DNA from: Moniliella sp. 'wahieum'
Lineage: Eukaryota
Direction: 5' to 3'
DNA length: 64,000 bases
Assembly: GCA_003971905.1 (NCBI GenBank)
Contig: RSEE01000031.1
Coordinates: forward strand, 1-64,000
Part shown: positions 38,806 to 50,500 of the stretch, piece after piece
Position numbering within the stretch: position 1 is the stretch's first letter
Layout: every line of letters starts with the position of its first letter
The notes under the pieces: generated by a model
Seen by the model: only the letters and a program-made list of their open reading frames with translations
Told to the model about the DNA's origin: nothing
Databases searched by the model: none
Made by a program: the position numbers and the translations under genes

Positions 38806-39669
38806 CTGACAGAATGTCTCACCCACGGCAAATTACTCCTCTGACCTTTTTTATATCAAAAACATAAATGATGTCTTTTGGTGATCCGCTGTGTATAGCT
38901 AGGCCCCTGACATCGTGGGTGTTGCTTTTCCCTTTTGACTTTACTGATTTGTCACCATCGCTACGCTCAACACGAAACTGACGGGGAGATAACATGAACG
39001 AAATGAGCTTGAAGAGCAGCCGCTCCAATAAAATTTAGCATCCAGAGGAGGATCAATATATGACCTCTATGGTACCCGCCCCAGAAAGAAGGCAGAAGGG
39101 CGAGCGGTGCAAGTGAGTAGTAGGGCGACGACGGCGGGGTTGCAGGTAGCCTCACTGGCTGCAATGGTACCTCCTCTCTCCATCGCCTTTTCCTTTCCCT
39201 TCCCCGTGCATCGCCTTGCACGCCGACTGGCTTGAAACCCACTGACACTAAAGAGTGGGATCCCAGCATCTGAATTGACCAGCACACGGAGGCGGTGCGC
39301 GCCTGTTGTCTGATCAAATTGCGGGCATGCTACACTGGTAATATGCGAGTCGTCGCACTGTAGTGTTTATTTTTCTTCTTCCACTCCTTTCGGTGTGGAA
39401 GTAAAAACAGTTAGCTCGAAAGAGCTATGCAGATGCTATTACCTTACCACCCCATCCCCAGTTATAGCTGCAAAACAAAGGTTACGGTCCCTCTCTATCG
39501 CTCGCCACAGATGTCGCTTATTAGCCTGCTCGCCCATACTCACTCACAATACACCTCAGGCGCCTATCCTATAATGATCTTAACCCCGGACCAGTACGAA
39601 AGTAAATATACGTACGTTAGGTCACCCTTCCTCGGCTGCTGGGGTTCTCGGTTTCGTGTCTTCCGCCAT

Positions 39670-41080
39670 TGTGAGAGGCCTTATAACTATTTCCGTATAC
39701 GGCGTATAATAGGAAATGACCAGTGTCTGCTAGAGTGCGACTTGGAGCACTAGCGATCCTATGGATCAGCTGCAAAGCAGCCTTCAGACAAGGCGTGAAG
39801 GCAAAGTGGTGAGCCACAAGTCTTCAAGCAACGTCTGAAGGGAAGGAGAAAGGAGAGAGAGAAGGGAGATGGAGCGAGCAGGGCGTGCGCGGCTGCGAGC
39901 GGAACGCTTCCGCTCGGCTAGGCGAGCGTCACCGATCCATTGAGGGCCGTGCAGGAGAACCCTAGCAGTACCCTCTAACAGTGTCCCCCTTCAATCTAGA
40001 CAGATCCATTGGATTCACATCTGATATTATTGGCAGGACTATAGACATAGGTACCATATCTTGATCATAACATCCATCTTTTCTTCTACCGTGACCTGCT
40101 TCCCTCTTGCACAGCTCAATTCCATGGCCAGACGTGATTGATTCGGAAGGATATATGAGATCCAAAGCCCCACTGCGACTCTCCGTCCGTATGAAGGTTT
40201 CCTGGCTTGCACAAGTAATGGATGGGTCAACATTTGAAAGCCACAGACAATATTAATGGTATGATTGTTTTTGGTTCACATCCAGAAAACAAATACCCGG
40301 GCAAGTGGGAGGCATATCACCAGTTTCTCCATATAGGATGGGCGTCATTTCTCCACAACAGCAACCTTCCTCTTCTATCCAGAATATTAAACTACATATA
40401 ATACATGGTATGTAGCGCTGGTCACACATTGAAGGCCGGTAATCATGACTCGTGTAAATAAAAACATGCATAAACCCGTGCAAGTTATCGACGGCGGTTT
40501 GGGGATCCAATTTGGCAACATCCTACATCTATAGAATCCAGCATCAGTCTTGATCTCAACATCACGTCATTGCGGGGCAACTTGCTCATGTACAGCAAAT
40601 AATGGCTGGATCGTGACATCTAGCATGTTTACACCAGATGACGGGGATCCTGTGGTCAAATTTCGTCTTAAATATGCCAACCAACCGTGTGTCTAACAGT
40701 AAGAGATGAAATTAGGAACAGGATGGATCATGCCAACAGCTACTGACGGTCTTCATTTCGTCCGGACGCATTGTCTGAATGATGCATTTCAGATGATCGC
40801 CGAGGGCTCCCAAGTCGCACATGTAACAAAATGGTCGGATTTACCGTGGAATTATTCTCCAGCTACACATGACGGTGTAGCATAGAAATGATGTCCGCCA
40901 CGTACTCATATCAAAAAAGACATAAATTCATTGCACTTCACTTTGACACGAATGGATGCTGTGAAAGAGAATGTCCCCTGCGGTATGGCCCATTTTGTCA
41001 GCCTTAATGTTAAAATCAGTTTGATGAGCATAAGTTTGCAAATTATCTTTTTGGTTGATACACATCGTCGAGGTACCTGA
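39670..41080 (-). mobile_element. Degenerate LTR-retrotransposon relic: AT-rich internal remnant, polypurine tract and ~311 bp 3' LTR (39670-39980)
   Basis: On the minus strand, ttgaagggggacac (PPT-like) is immediately followed by TGTTAGAGG, and the LTR ends CCTCTCACA (8/9 terminal inverted repeat). The internal part is stop-riddled. Confidence 0.5.
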
Positions 41081-41469
41081 GGAAGGTGTGTGTCATAAAA
41101 GGCGTTGTCGGAGGAGATCTGCCCAGCGGTCTGCTACCGGTGAGGAGGGAAATGGTGGACTAAGGAAATGAATTACTGGGGGCAGAAGTCTCGGGAAGAT
41201 CTACTCCGGAATAAACCGGAGGCGGAATGGGCTGGGCCGCAGGTGGCGTCTCACTCAACAGGCGTGTGAAAACCTTGTAACGACTGTAGGGATGGAGCTG
41301 CCGAAACGGGCATACGGACGAAGCCGTGCTATTGCCCGACCAATAACATAAATCCGCCCACTCGAGAGATGTTGAAATGGTTGCACTTACAACTCAGTTG
41401 AGATCTGACTTTCTCGTCGGATTACGATATCTAGCTCACGACCGATGGTGCTATATATGCCAACACCGT

Positions 41470-42150
41470 TTACCGCTTGGCTTTTGACGGCGCTCTTTTG
41501 TTTTTCCTATTTCTTCTCATGCGTATGCATCTTTCTGCAATCTCAAGGATGAAGTGCATTTGTCTAAATGCTGTAATCGTATCACTAACAGAGCTTGAGG
41601 CTGGAGCCACAACTTCACCTAAACTGAACTGCCCATTCGGCATGTATTGCTTGTTCACACCGACCTCTTTTATGAAACCAAAGTAACCGAACGCATACCA
41701 TGAAACTCTGGCGTCAGCAGTCCGTTCCCATGAGCAAGATCGTGCATGTGGATATGGATAAATGCATGTGGATATGAATAAACGCCGTAGCCACCCGAGC
41801 CGTAAAGTTGAGCCATCTCTATTGAGACGTATTAAATCCAGTACCCAGACGCCTTCATCGTGGTCTTGGTGACATGCCATTATCCTCGTGTCGTCATAAC
41901 CCAACAGAACGATCTTACGCGCGATCCTAGCAGATCGCGTTCTCCTCGCATTCAGCTTCTTCTAACAGTCAAAGTAACTCTTTCTCATAGCATTCCAAAG
42001 CAGTAGTGCTCTTCTGTGCCACCTCTATACACAAATAGCGGCTCCCGCATTCTCGAGCCCCGCAACGTGTAGTCCACCTCCATCCCTGATCCTCCGAATA
42101 ATCGAAATCGCATTTAGTGCATGCCGGTAGTCAGTACGCATCGCATCTCC
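41470..42150 (-). mobile_element. Degenerate copy C of the RLE non-LTR retrotransposon (endonuclease region plus 3' tail)
   Basis: Minus strand 'ggaggatcagggatggaggtggactacacgttgcg', 'gagcactactgctttggaatgctatgagaaagag..gaagctgaatgcgaggagaacgc' and 'ccagcctcaagctctgt' match 55513-55740 and 55994-56010. Confidence 0.8.
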
Positions 42151-42649
42151 AGGTACCCTATCATGAGGGACTCCTGTCCCAGTTCGGCTAGTGACCTTAC
42201 ACGGAATTGGGTGGGGGGAAAAGCCCGCCAACTCATTGAGTACAGGCTATAGATCTAAAAGAAACTAACCAAAGCAGTTGAAGGAGACAAGGGGGATATA
42301 GACAAGGATGCGGGGGGTGCAGTCGCCAACACGGAAGACCGTTCTATAGGCATAGAATAAAGAAACAACCGACCCACGCCACTCCGTCCTTATCAGGGCC
42401 AAAGCCGGGGCAACTACTAGAACAGAAATTATAAACGTGTAAGGGGCGACTGGCATTGCCAACGAGAAGGATAGGTTAACAGTCGATGACCGGTCGAGCC
42501 ACCGCGGTCCTGATATGACCGTGCCACTGTGGTAACTTGCTTCGGGTTAGGCGCGGGCTCTCGGAAGATTTTAGAGATTGAATCCTACCTCACCACCGTA
42601 TCATGACTTGTACATATAAAACAAGGTCTCTGACTATTCTCTGCGTACA

Positions 42650-43140
42650 CCAAGGAACCGCATGCCTGTGGCACGCCGGAAGAAGAAGTGCGTTGAATGC
42701 TGGAGCAAGCGGAATGCGTCAAGAAAACCAATGCCATGTACAGGGACGCAATCAATAAGATGAGTCGTTCTTGCACTTGGGCATGACGCTGATACAATAC
42801 CGCTACAACGGGGCCGCAACAAGCCGTTGAAGCACCGGAAAGAAGTGACTGACGATGAGTCTCATTTTGGAGATAGTACGTTTACCTGAACATCCTGACA
42901 GCTCACATGTTTAGTACCACGATCTTTTTCGTGTCCAGGGGCACTTGATCCTGTTTGGAACCAAATTGCGGGCGCCAGAGGGTCCTGACGTGTCCTGAGG
43001 TCCTAAACTCCGCTGGTTCCTAATTGGGTTGGCACGACTGAGCAAGGAGTGCATATACGCCGGATGATCGATGAGTGAGCCAGCGCCTAAGGTTAGGCGC
43101 GGCCTTGTCCGTCCCAGCCTTACCGTTGGTATGCAATTAC
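42650..43140 (+). mobile_element. Degenerate copy D of the RLE non-LTR retrotransposon
   Basis: 'gctggagcaagcggaatgcgtcaagaa..cagggacgca', 'gccagagggtcctga..ctggttcc' and 'gtcccagcctta' match 55655-56002. Confidence 0.75.
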
Positions 43141-43854
43141 AGGATAAGCTTCATCTTTGGTAGCTGTTCATGCCGTCCGCTTACAGCCATATCTTCGATC
43201 CATACATCTGACTGGGTGTCTGCCGGTACACGAGGTGAGAACTTGGCGGCAGAGTGAGGGGTCGAATGTCCGCCCTCAGGCTTATTAGGAGGGAGGGGGT
43301 ATGGGCGATGGGTCGTTTTGGCCGGATTCCTGATGGTGCACCTCATCAGATGCCCTTTTGCTGCTATGGTTTTGTTGTGCGGAGAGGTTTCTGAAGGTCT
43401 AGAGCGGCGACCTTGCGCTTGGTCGGCAGAACGATGCAAGTGACCCAACCACCGACGGAACTACTTAGGGCTAACCCTGTGTACATGTTTCCCGAGCTGG
43501 TGAGTTGGGAGGATGAAGACTCTGAGTCAGTCTAGTCTGTACTGTAGGAAAATGTAGAATTATGGATGGTCGATGGCAGGGCACCGGATAGATGTTCAAT
43601 CTTAGTTTTTGTTGAACCAGAGTGGTACGGTGCGAGACGGATAGGGGTTGCAAGAGCAAGGGCAGACCAGGGGTGATGGGGATGGGGGACGGGGGGGCGA
43701 AGGGGAGGGGGAGGGGAGGAGAGGCGTATACGCGCATATGCATGTGCATGTGCATGTGCGTTGGCGGGGGTGCGTTTGTGCGTGTGTGTGCATGCATACA
43801 AGAACAGAACAGAGCAAAGCTAAGGGGAACCGACCGGGGGTAAACAAGGCGATC

Positions 43855-43995
43855 AAGCAAGGCAAAGCAAAGCAAAGCAAAAAAGCAAAGCAAAAAAGCA
43901 AAGCAAAAAAGCAAAGCGAAAAGTAAAGCAAGCGGGACAGGAAGCTCCGAGCGGACGACGAGAGTAAAGAGAAAAGAGAAAAGAGAAAAGAGAAG
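43855..43995. repeat. A-rich microsatellite (AAAGC)n/(AAAAGAG)n in the 3' flank of the C2H2 gene
   Basis: Seen directly. Confidence 0.85.
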
Positions 43996-44451
43996 AGGGA
44001 GGAGGGGCCATGACGCGTAAGAGGGAGGGATAAATAGAATATATCGGGGGAGGGAAGGGAAGGGGGGGAAGGAAGCGGGGAAGAGGGGGGAGGGGCCGAG
44101 CGAGACGAGCAGAGCAAGGCAAGGCAAGGCAAGGCAGGAAGGGAAGGAGGGAGGGGGGGGGAAAGAATGCGGTCGTGGTGATCGTGCCGCGGCGAGGCGC
44201 ATGAGGCAAAGGCGAGGCCAGCAGGGCAGGAAGAAGGGATAAGGGATCGGCTGGGAGCCAATGGGTTCACATTTGGAAACAAACAGGACCGTGTTGACAC
44301 ATAGGAGAAAGCAGACGCGCAAGGGACGCCCCATCCCACCATTCAAACGAGACCCGACTCCGACTCCGAATCCGAATCGAATGAGAATTCAAATCCAAAG
44401 TCGGGCGGATGCGATGCAGGGGTTACCAAAGGCACAGCAAAAACGAAGAGA

Positions 44452-47400
44452 TTAATGATCGCGGATGCGTTTGTGGCGCAACAAGGCATCTTTGCGGGAA
44501 AAGTAACTTCCGCAAGCACATCGCCACTCCATGCCGACCGAGGAGGAAGCGCGTTCCTCTTTTCCCCATACGAGAGCCTGGGAAGGATCGAGGTGACCGC
44601 GCTCGATTTCGCGAGCTTCTTCACGTGCATGAATTTGGCGGTGACGGGATAGGGTCGTAGTAGCGATTAAAGTGCGTGCCGCAGTAGACGCCCGTGACAG
44701 GGTGAAGGTAGGTGCAGACACTGGCGCTGTCCCGCGCAGCTGTGGTGGAGGAGGAAGGTTCAGTAGGCGACCGGGACGGGTCAGGAGAGCGAGTTATACG
44801 TGTGCGGTCCAGTTCCGGCTCAGCAAGTGGTGTAGGAGTAGGACCCGGGTGAGTTTCTGCCCTGTCAGGCCAATGCGAGCGGGGCGAGTGGGGTTCCGAT
44901 GGGGGGAAAGGGAAGGGAGCTAATTGTTGTGCCTCGTCTCGGGTACCCAGAGATGTGAACGAGGGGACCAAAGGAGAGGTGGCGAGCGATTCGACTGAGC
45001 CAAGTTGTACAGGACCAGGACCAGGACCAGGACCAGGACCAGGACCAGGACCAGGGTCAATACCAAGACCGAGAGGGGGTGCAATGGAGCAGGCAATCTG
45101 GCAAAGAGGCTTGCCTTGGTGCGAGGGGCAGCGGTGGGCCCAAGGGGGTCAAGTCTGCGCTAGCGCGAGCTGGCAAAGCGAAAGGGAATCTGGAAGAAGG
45201 GTGCCAAGGGGCGATCGGGCGAGTTTCTACCTCGCCACGAGCCGTGCCATCGTAAGCGCGTTTGAGCCTGCTATCGGACCGCGGGGCGAAATCCAAAAAC
45301 AAGTCTTGCGCCTCACCGTTGGCGGGTGGGATGGAGGTGGAGGTGGATGCGGGTGCGTGTGCCGGGGCGGGGTGCAAAGGCCGATTGCGGGTGCAGGGTG
45401 GGTAGCCGATGTGGAAGGCAAGCGGGCCAGGGGAGGTTGAGGTCGACAAATGGGAACAAAGGGTACGTATCGGTTGGGAACGAATGCGAGCGTTGGTTCA
45501 AGGTGCTGATTGAGCCTAGGTCCCCAGGGTCCCCAGGGTCCCCCGGGAACAGGGGCAAGGTGGTTCCCGTTCCTGATCCCAGGACCGAACCTGCCTCGTC
45601 CGGCGGGGAACAAAGTCCGGGCGTGCAGAAGAGAGTGGATCCGGTTCGCAAGCCGGTGCGGCCACGACACTAGACCGAGGCGATATCCCGCGCAGACTCG
45701 GCTCGCCCGACGGGCCCAGCGACGGGTCGATCCAGACGCGGTGGTGAAGGACGAAGGGTGAGGCGGCGGTTGAGCCTGGGGCGGTTGGTCAGCGGAGCGG
45801 GCTGGCTCGCTCCTACGATCGGTTGTCGGCGTTCTTGTTGGGAATCTGGAGGCGCGGGTGCAGGTGCGGCAGGGGCAGGAGCAGCAGGAGCAGAAGTAGC
45901 AGGAGCAGGGGCATCAGGAGCATCAGGGGAGAAGCAGTGCAGGTACAGGTGCAGGAGTCGAAGCAGGAGGTGCACAAGTCGGAGCGGACTCTGTACCGGC
46001 ATAAGAGATGCATCCGTGCATCCGACGGAGACGAGAGAGGCACATCTTCTTCCTGTGGGGGCTGTAAGGCATCCAAGTGGAGCCGAGCGCCAACGCTGGA
46101 GGAACGACGATGACTTGATCCGCGGGCACGGGAGCCAGAGCGGGAGCCAGACGAACGTAACCGTTTGTTACGGCATTGTGCCGAGTCGGTGGGAAGCGAG
46201 GGTGCGGTCGGTGGGTCAACTGGGTCGGACTGGAGCGAAAGTAAGCTCATGGGTAGTTGGCCCGTGAGGGAGGAGCGGTGTTGGGTCCCAGCGGGCGGGG
46301 GTTCGGACCAAGGAGAGGAAGGAGCGATTCGGGAGGGATGAAAGGCCGGTGCCGAGCCGCGGCGGATGGTTGGGCTATCGCCGCCGTCAAGAGAAAGTCA
46401 ACGGAGAGGGGTGGGCGAGCATGGCCGAGTCTGAGGCCATGGAGCTGCTTCGCCAAAGAAGAAAGAGGACGCGGGCGTGGGCTGGGCATGGGCATGGGCA
46501 TGGGGGCGGTGGCGACGGGTGTTGGGGCAGTGGCAGCTGGTGTGGAGGAAGGGGCGATGAGCTGCTTGGGCGAACAAACACCATCATGCAAAAAGACCCC
46601 CAACCAAATCAAATCAAACCAAGCCAAATTACAGCAAGTCAGTGTCCGACAACGGCCCGCTAGCACAGTTGGTTGGAAAGGGGATAGTTACGCTACGTAC
46701 CGATTCGCGTCGAAGGGGATCGCGACTCGCTGCACGACGAGGCGCGGCCTGCTCCATACCTGGGTAGCCCGTTGATGTGTAGGAGGAGTAGAGGTGGGGA
46801 TCGGCCAAGGCCGTCGTGTGCAGAGAGGGTGGGAGAGGCACGTGCGAGGGCGGCGGGTGCGCTGGGCTGGCATCAAAGTTGAACTGATCCAAGGGGAGTG
46901 TGCCGTACGAAGCTGGGAAGACGCATCCATGTCCCTGTCTCTGTCCCTGCCAGTGGCCCTGTCTAGCCCAAGGCAAGATGGTGAGATGGCCAGGAGACCA
47001 GGGGTGGAGAAGGAGCGCTGGTTGAGCAGGGGGGACTGCGAGACGGGCAGGCTGGGCAGAAGGAGGCAAGAGGTGGTGGGTGATGCGTGCGCTGAGCGGC
47101 AGAGAAGAGAAGGGGGCTTGGACAAGGGTTGAGCGAATAGGTTGGCGCCTGGAGGGGGCGCAGAAAAGGGGCGGCAAGGCCCATCAAACCGGTGGTGGGC
47201 ATCATTGTGGAGGGTGTGGTGGCATCGATGGCTGGATGTGTCGCGGGGGGGGTGGGTGCAGGGGCAGAGATGCCGGTGCTTGTGACTGTGCGTGCGGCTG
47301 TGGCTGAGGCGGTGGTTCGGCCTGGGCCCGGTGGAGGCTGCAGCACGCTGGGGAGGGCAGGGCCGAGGCCAAGGCGTCGGTCGGAAGCGGGGCTGGATGT

Positions 47401-47599
47401 AGGGGCGCGGGGGGTGGGCCGGGGGCTGGACATGATCGAGGGACGATAGGCGGCGGTGCGGATCAGGAGGATCGGCGTGGAGCAGGGGAGCCGGGCCAGG
47501 AAGCTCTGGCAGCGGCGGCGGCAGCTCCATCGCGACGAGGCGACGTGGGAGATGGAGGTGGGGAGGTGATGGCAAGATAGCAGCAGACGCATCTTCCAT
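44452..47599 (-). CDS. C2H2 zinc-finger transcription factor, Rpn4-like (intron ~46563-46700; frameshifts)
   Basis: C-terminal fingers 'CTYLHPVTGVYCGTHFNRYYD(L)SRHRQIHAREE...CACGSYFSRKDALLRHKRIRDH*' follow the atypical Rpn4 finger pattern (long Cys spacing, then F.R.YDL.RH..IHA, then FSR.DAL.RH). Long Pro/Ser-rich N-terminus. Confidence 0.75.
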
Positions 47600-50500
47600 C
47601 CGCTGTCTCTCCCGCCGGCCAGCGGAGCAGCGTGGAACAAGGTCGAGCGGAGCGCAAGCGGGAGCCTCACCGGTGAGCTCGGCCCGAGTACTGCGGCCGT
47701 ACCGAGTGCTCCGTACGGGTGAGTATGAGTGGTGGCCGTGGCCGTGAGCGTGCGCGCGACGCCTGAGCGCTCGCGCGTGGGGCGTGGCGCCAGTGTCAGG
47801 GTCAGCCCCCCGAGCCAGCCCCCCGTGAAACACACATGACACCATGCATCATGCATCATGCATCATGCACCATGCATCATGCATCCGCTTCTTCCGCCTC
47901 GGTGCATCAGCGCCATCAGCATCCGCACCTCGGCGGGAGGGTTGCGCTAGGCTAGTCCAAGTCAGCTTCAAGCTCTAGCACTCGTCTAGAGCTAGGGAAG
48001 CTGGAATGACGAGTGCCTCAGTCCGCGCTCCGACTCACGCTGCGATCTAAGATCTAAGATCTAAGAGCCAAGACTTGGAGCTAAGGCTCAGTATCTTCCC
48101 GCCCACCCCCCCTCCCTGTCGGGAAATTGGTGCTCCAATGTTCAACATGTGGATGCTTAGCGCTTTGGCCAAGCGCTAAGCTTAGCTCGGCACCCGCCTT
48201 CGCGTCATTCATCTGTCCCACACCACATCACACGCCATCCACCATCGACATCGATCACTGTCATCGCCGCCAGAGTACTCCATCTGGTACCTAATCGTAC
48301 TCTAGGCACTAGCTGGACTACGGCCAGACACCAGGATTATGATTCGGCCTTTGGGCCTTGGGCCTTCGGATACTGAACCGAGGCGTAGTGAACCAAGTAA
48401 CTGAACCTCTGTACTCCATGTCCTGCGCCTCCTCGATCCTCCTCAGCCATCGCTGCCTGGCTGGTTCCATCATGATGTGTACATCGTCATTTCCGCGATC
48501 TCACGATCTCACGTCTCATTAATCACTGCCATATGCAACGGCGCCTGCATGGCACCGAGACGAGAGAGGGGGTCGGAGGTAAAACAATGCACCTTGCCCA
48601 ATACCGTACTGGAGCGGGCTCTCGAACAGCCAGGATGAGGTTTTGAAGCTCAGCCTGAGGCCTGGGTCGATGTTGATGAGGGCGGGAGATTACGTTTGCG
48701 ATGGGTGTCTATGGTAGTAGGGCTGGTTTGTGAGCAATCGAGGATGGAGATGGTATTCGGAGAACTATCCTGTACCCTGGTGGCTGGACCGATCTGCGGG
48801 CCGTGTGGGACCTGACAGTTGGAAGTCTTCACAGGTCGGGTTCGTGTATGGTATGGGTATACGTGACATAGAATGGTCAATAGGCTCTGGAGGCTCTGAC
48901 CTGCGCTACGATCTACGAGCTCACGCCGTGCAGGAGTCAATTAATGAGGTCGGAATCGAACGTCGATCGTTAAAAGGTGTCTGTGAGAACTACAGTCAAG
49001 GAACACGCGGGGGGGGGGGGAGGGGGGGCGAACAAGCCAGCGTGCCGGGCAGTACGTGAGCGCCTAATTAATGTGCTGAGGACGCTGTACCGCCACGAGT
49101 CCCAAGTCACACGCACCTGTTTTCGCCTCGACATCGAAACGAGAACCACAGGAACCAGAAGCGTAAGCCCTACTCCCAGGCCCAGAAAGAAGAAACGTGT
49201 GGTAAAGAAAGAAAAAAGTCCAACTACCCCACATGAACTCGGCTTGATTACGAAGTGACTACTGAAGTGACTAGTGACTAGTGACTAGTGACTAGTGACT
49301 ACTAGTGACTACTGTGAAGTGACTGCTAGTGACTATAACTTGGCGTATGACGCCACCCTTTTTTTATCGCTTTTTAGCGCCACCCCCCTCTTGGCTTCTG
49401 TGGCTGTGCGCTGACGCTGGCTAGTAGTGACCAGTCGGAATGATTAATGACTGGGCAAGATTCCATGGTGCATGGGCCAAGGCAAAGGAGAGAGAAGAGG
49501 CAAGGGCTAGTGGTGCCCGGTGGATTACAGGGATGGAACACACTGCCTCCCCCACCCTCTGTATTCGCGTCGGTTCCAGCTCGGCACCCGAGGGAAAAGT
49601 GGCACGAGCAGCACGATGGATTACGGCAATGCCCCCCTCCCCACCCCTGTCGGCACACGATCGGAAGTGCAATAAGCTGTCGCAACCCCGATACTTGCCC
49701 ACATATGTGGCAAACCCGCCTCGGTGTCTCAAAACGTCGCAACGTTCTCAACGTTCAACTGAACGTTCAGCGTCGCGGGCGTTGGATGCTGCGGCGACCA
49801 CCACCCAGGGGGGCGCGGGTGGCGGCACAAGGAGGCGGCCTACGGCCTAGGCGGCGTGGCCAGTGGGAAGATGTGGGGTTGGCGGTGGAGGGGGAGGTTT
49901 GGATGTGACATGTGATGCTAGACGCGGGTTTGGACGGTGTGGCATGCATGGTAAGTACCCTCGGCTGGGCTCGGGTGGGATGCGAAGTGCTTGGCCTACG
50001 CTACGATCTTAGTCTAAGCTCTATGTTCTAAAAGCTACATGCAGGGGGGGCATGCGGGTGCTGCAACGTACATGCAACGTGCATGCCGCATGCAGCATGC
50101 GGGTAGCATGCAATCGGCATGGCGGCAGTACGCCTGTCTGGGCGGCTGGCTGGGGGTCTGCCAGGGTCTGCGGTGGTTCCCCTCTGCGTGGTGTGGTGTG
50201 TAACATGTAACCGGTAACCCGGGGGTGCGCTGCCTGTGCGCGCCAATCCCAGCCGGTCAGTGTGTCGCCTGCTGTCTGCTGTCGCTCAGCTGCACCCTGT
50301 TGCACCCCTGCGGCTCGCGCCCACCCGAAACGCCTCGTGCCTGGCGCCTGTCTTTCGCCCCGCTACATACGCCCACCGGCCGCGGCTGCGGCGCTGAGGC
50401 CGGAGGGAGCCACGTGGCGTAACGCGTAACGCGTAATCGACGTAATCGGCTAATGGCAATCAATCATCCATCATCCATCATCCATCGTCGCTCATCGCAG

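Larger units (their letters stand above)
32097..38893. mobile_element. 6797 bp CMC/EnSpm (CACTA/Plavaka)-like TIR DNA transposon, probably a non-autonomous deletion derivative
   Basis: Left end CACAGCGGATttcaaaaaga (from 32097) and right end tcttttggtgATCCGCTGTG (to 38893) are inverted repeats, 10 bp perfect and ~20 bp imperfect. TA lies on both sides (32095-96, 38894-95). Subterminal TGAYRTCRGCGACGT arrays occur at both ends. Confidence 0.85.

Noticed and set aside
38894..39030. 'THDVRGLAIAMLA' formed across the empty transposon site, resembling a tyrosine-recombinase HxxR motif
   Set aside because: No in-frame catalytic Tyr or upstream Arg box; the flanks are better explained as decayed retrotransposon tails.
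39370..39407. Hairpin cttccactcc-tttc-ggtgtggaag as a Helitron 3' end or terminator
   Set aside because: No CTRR terminus at the expected distance and no Rep/helicase sequence nearby.
43465..43478. TTAGGGCTAACCCT as a telomere fusion or telomeric target site of the Cnl1-like element
   Set aside because: Only single repeat units, likely by chance. Scattered ctaaccc motifs at 142 and 2385-2400 likewise form no array.
30400..43500. Whole low-GC island as one giant Starship-like element or endogenous virus
   Set aside because: No captain recombinase, viral hallmark gene or shared outer termini seen; the island resolves into separate nested TEs.
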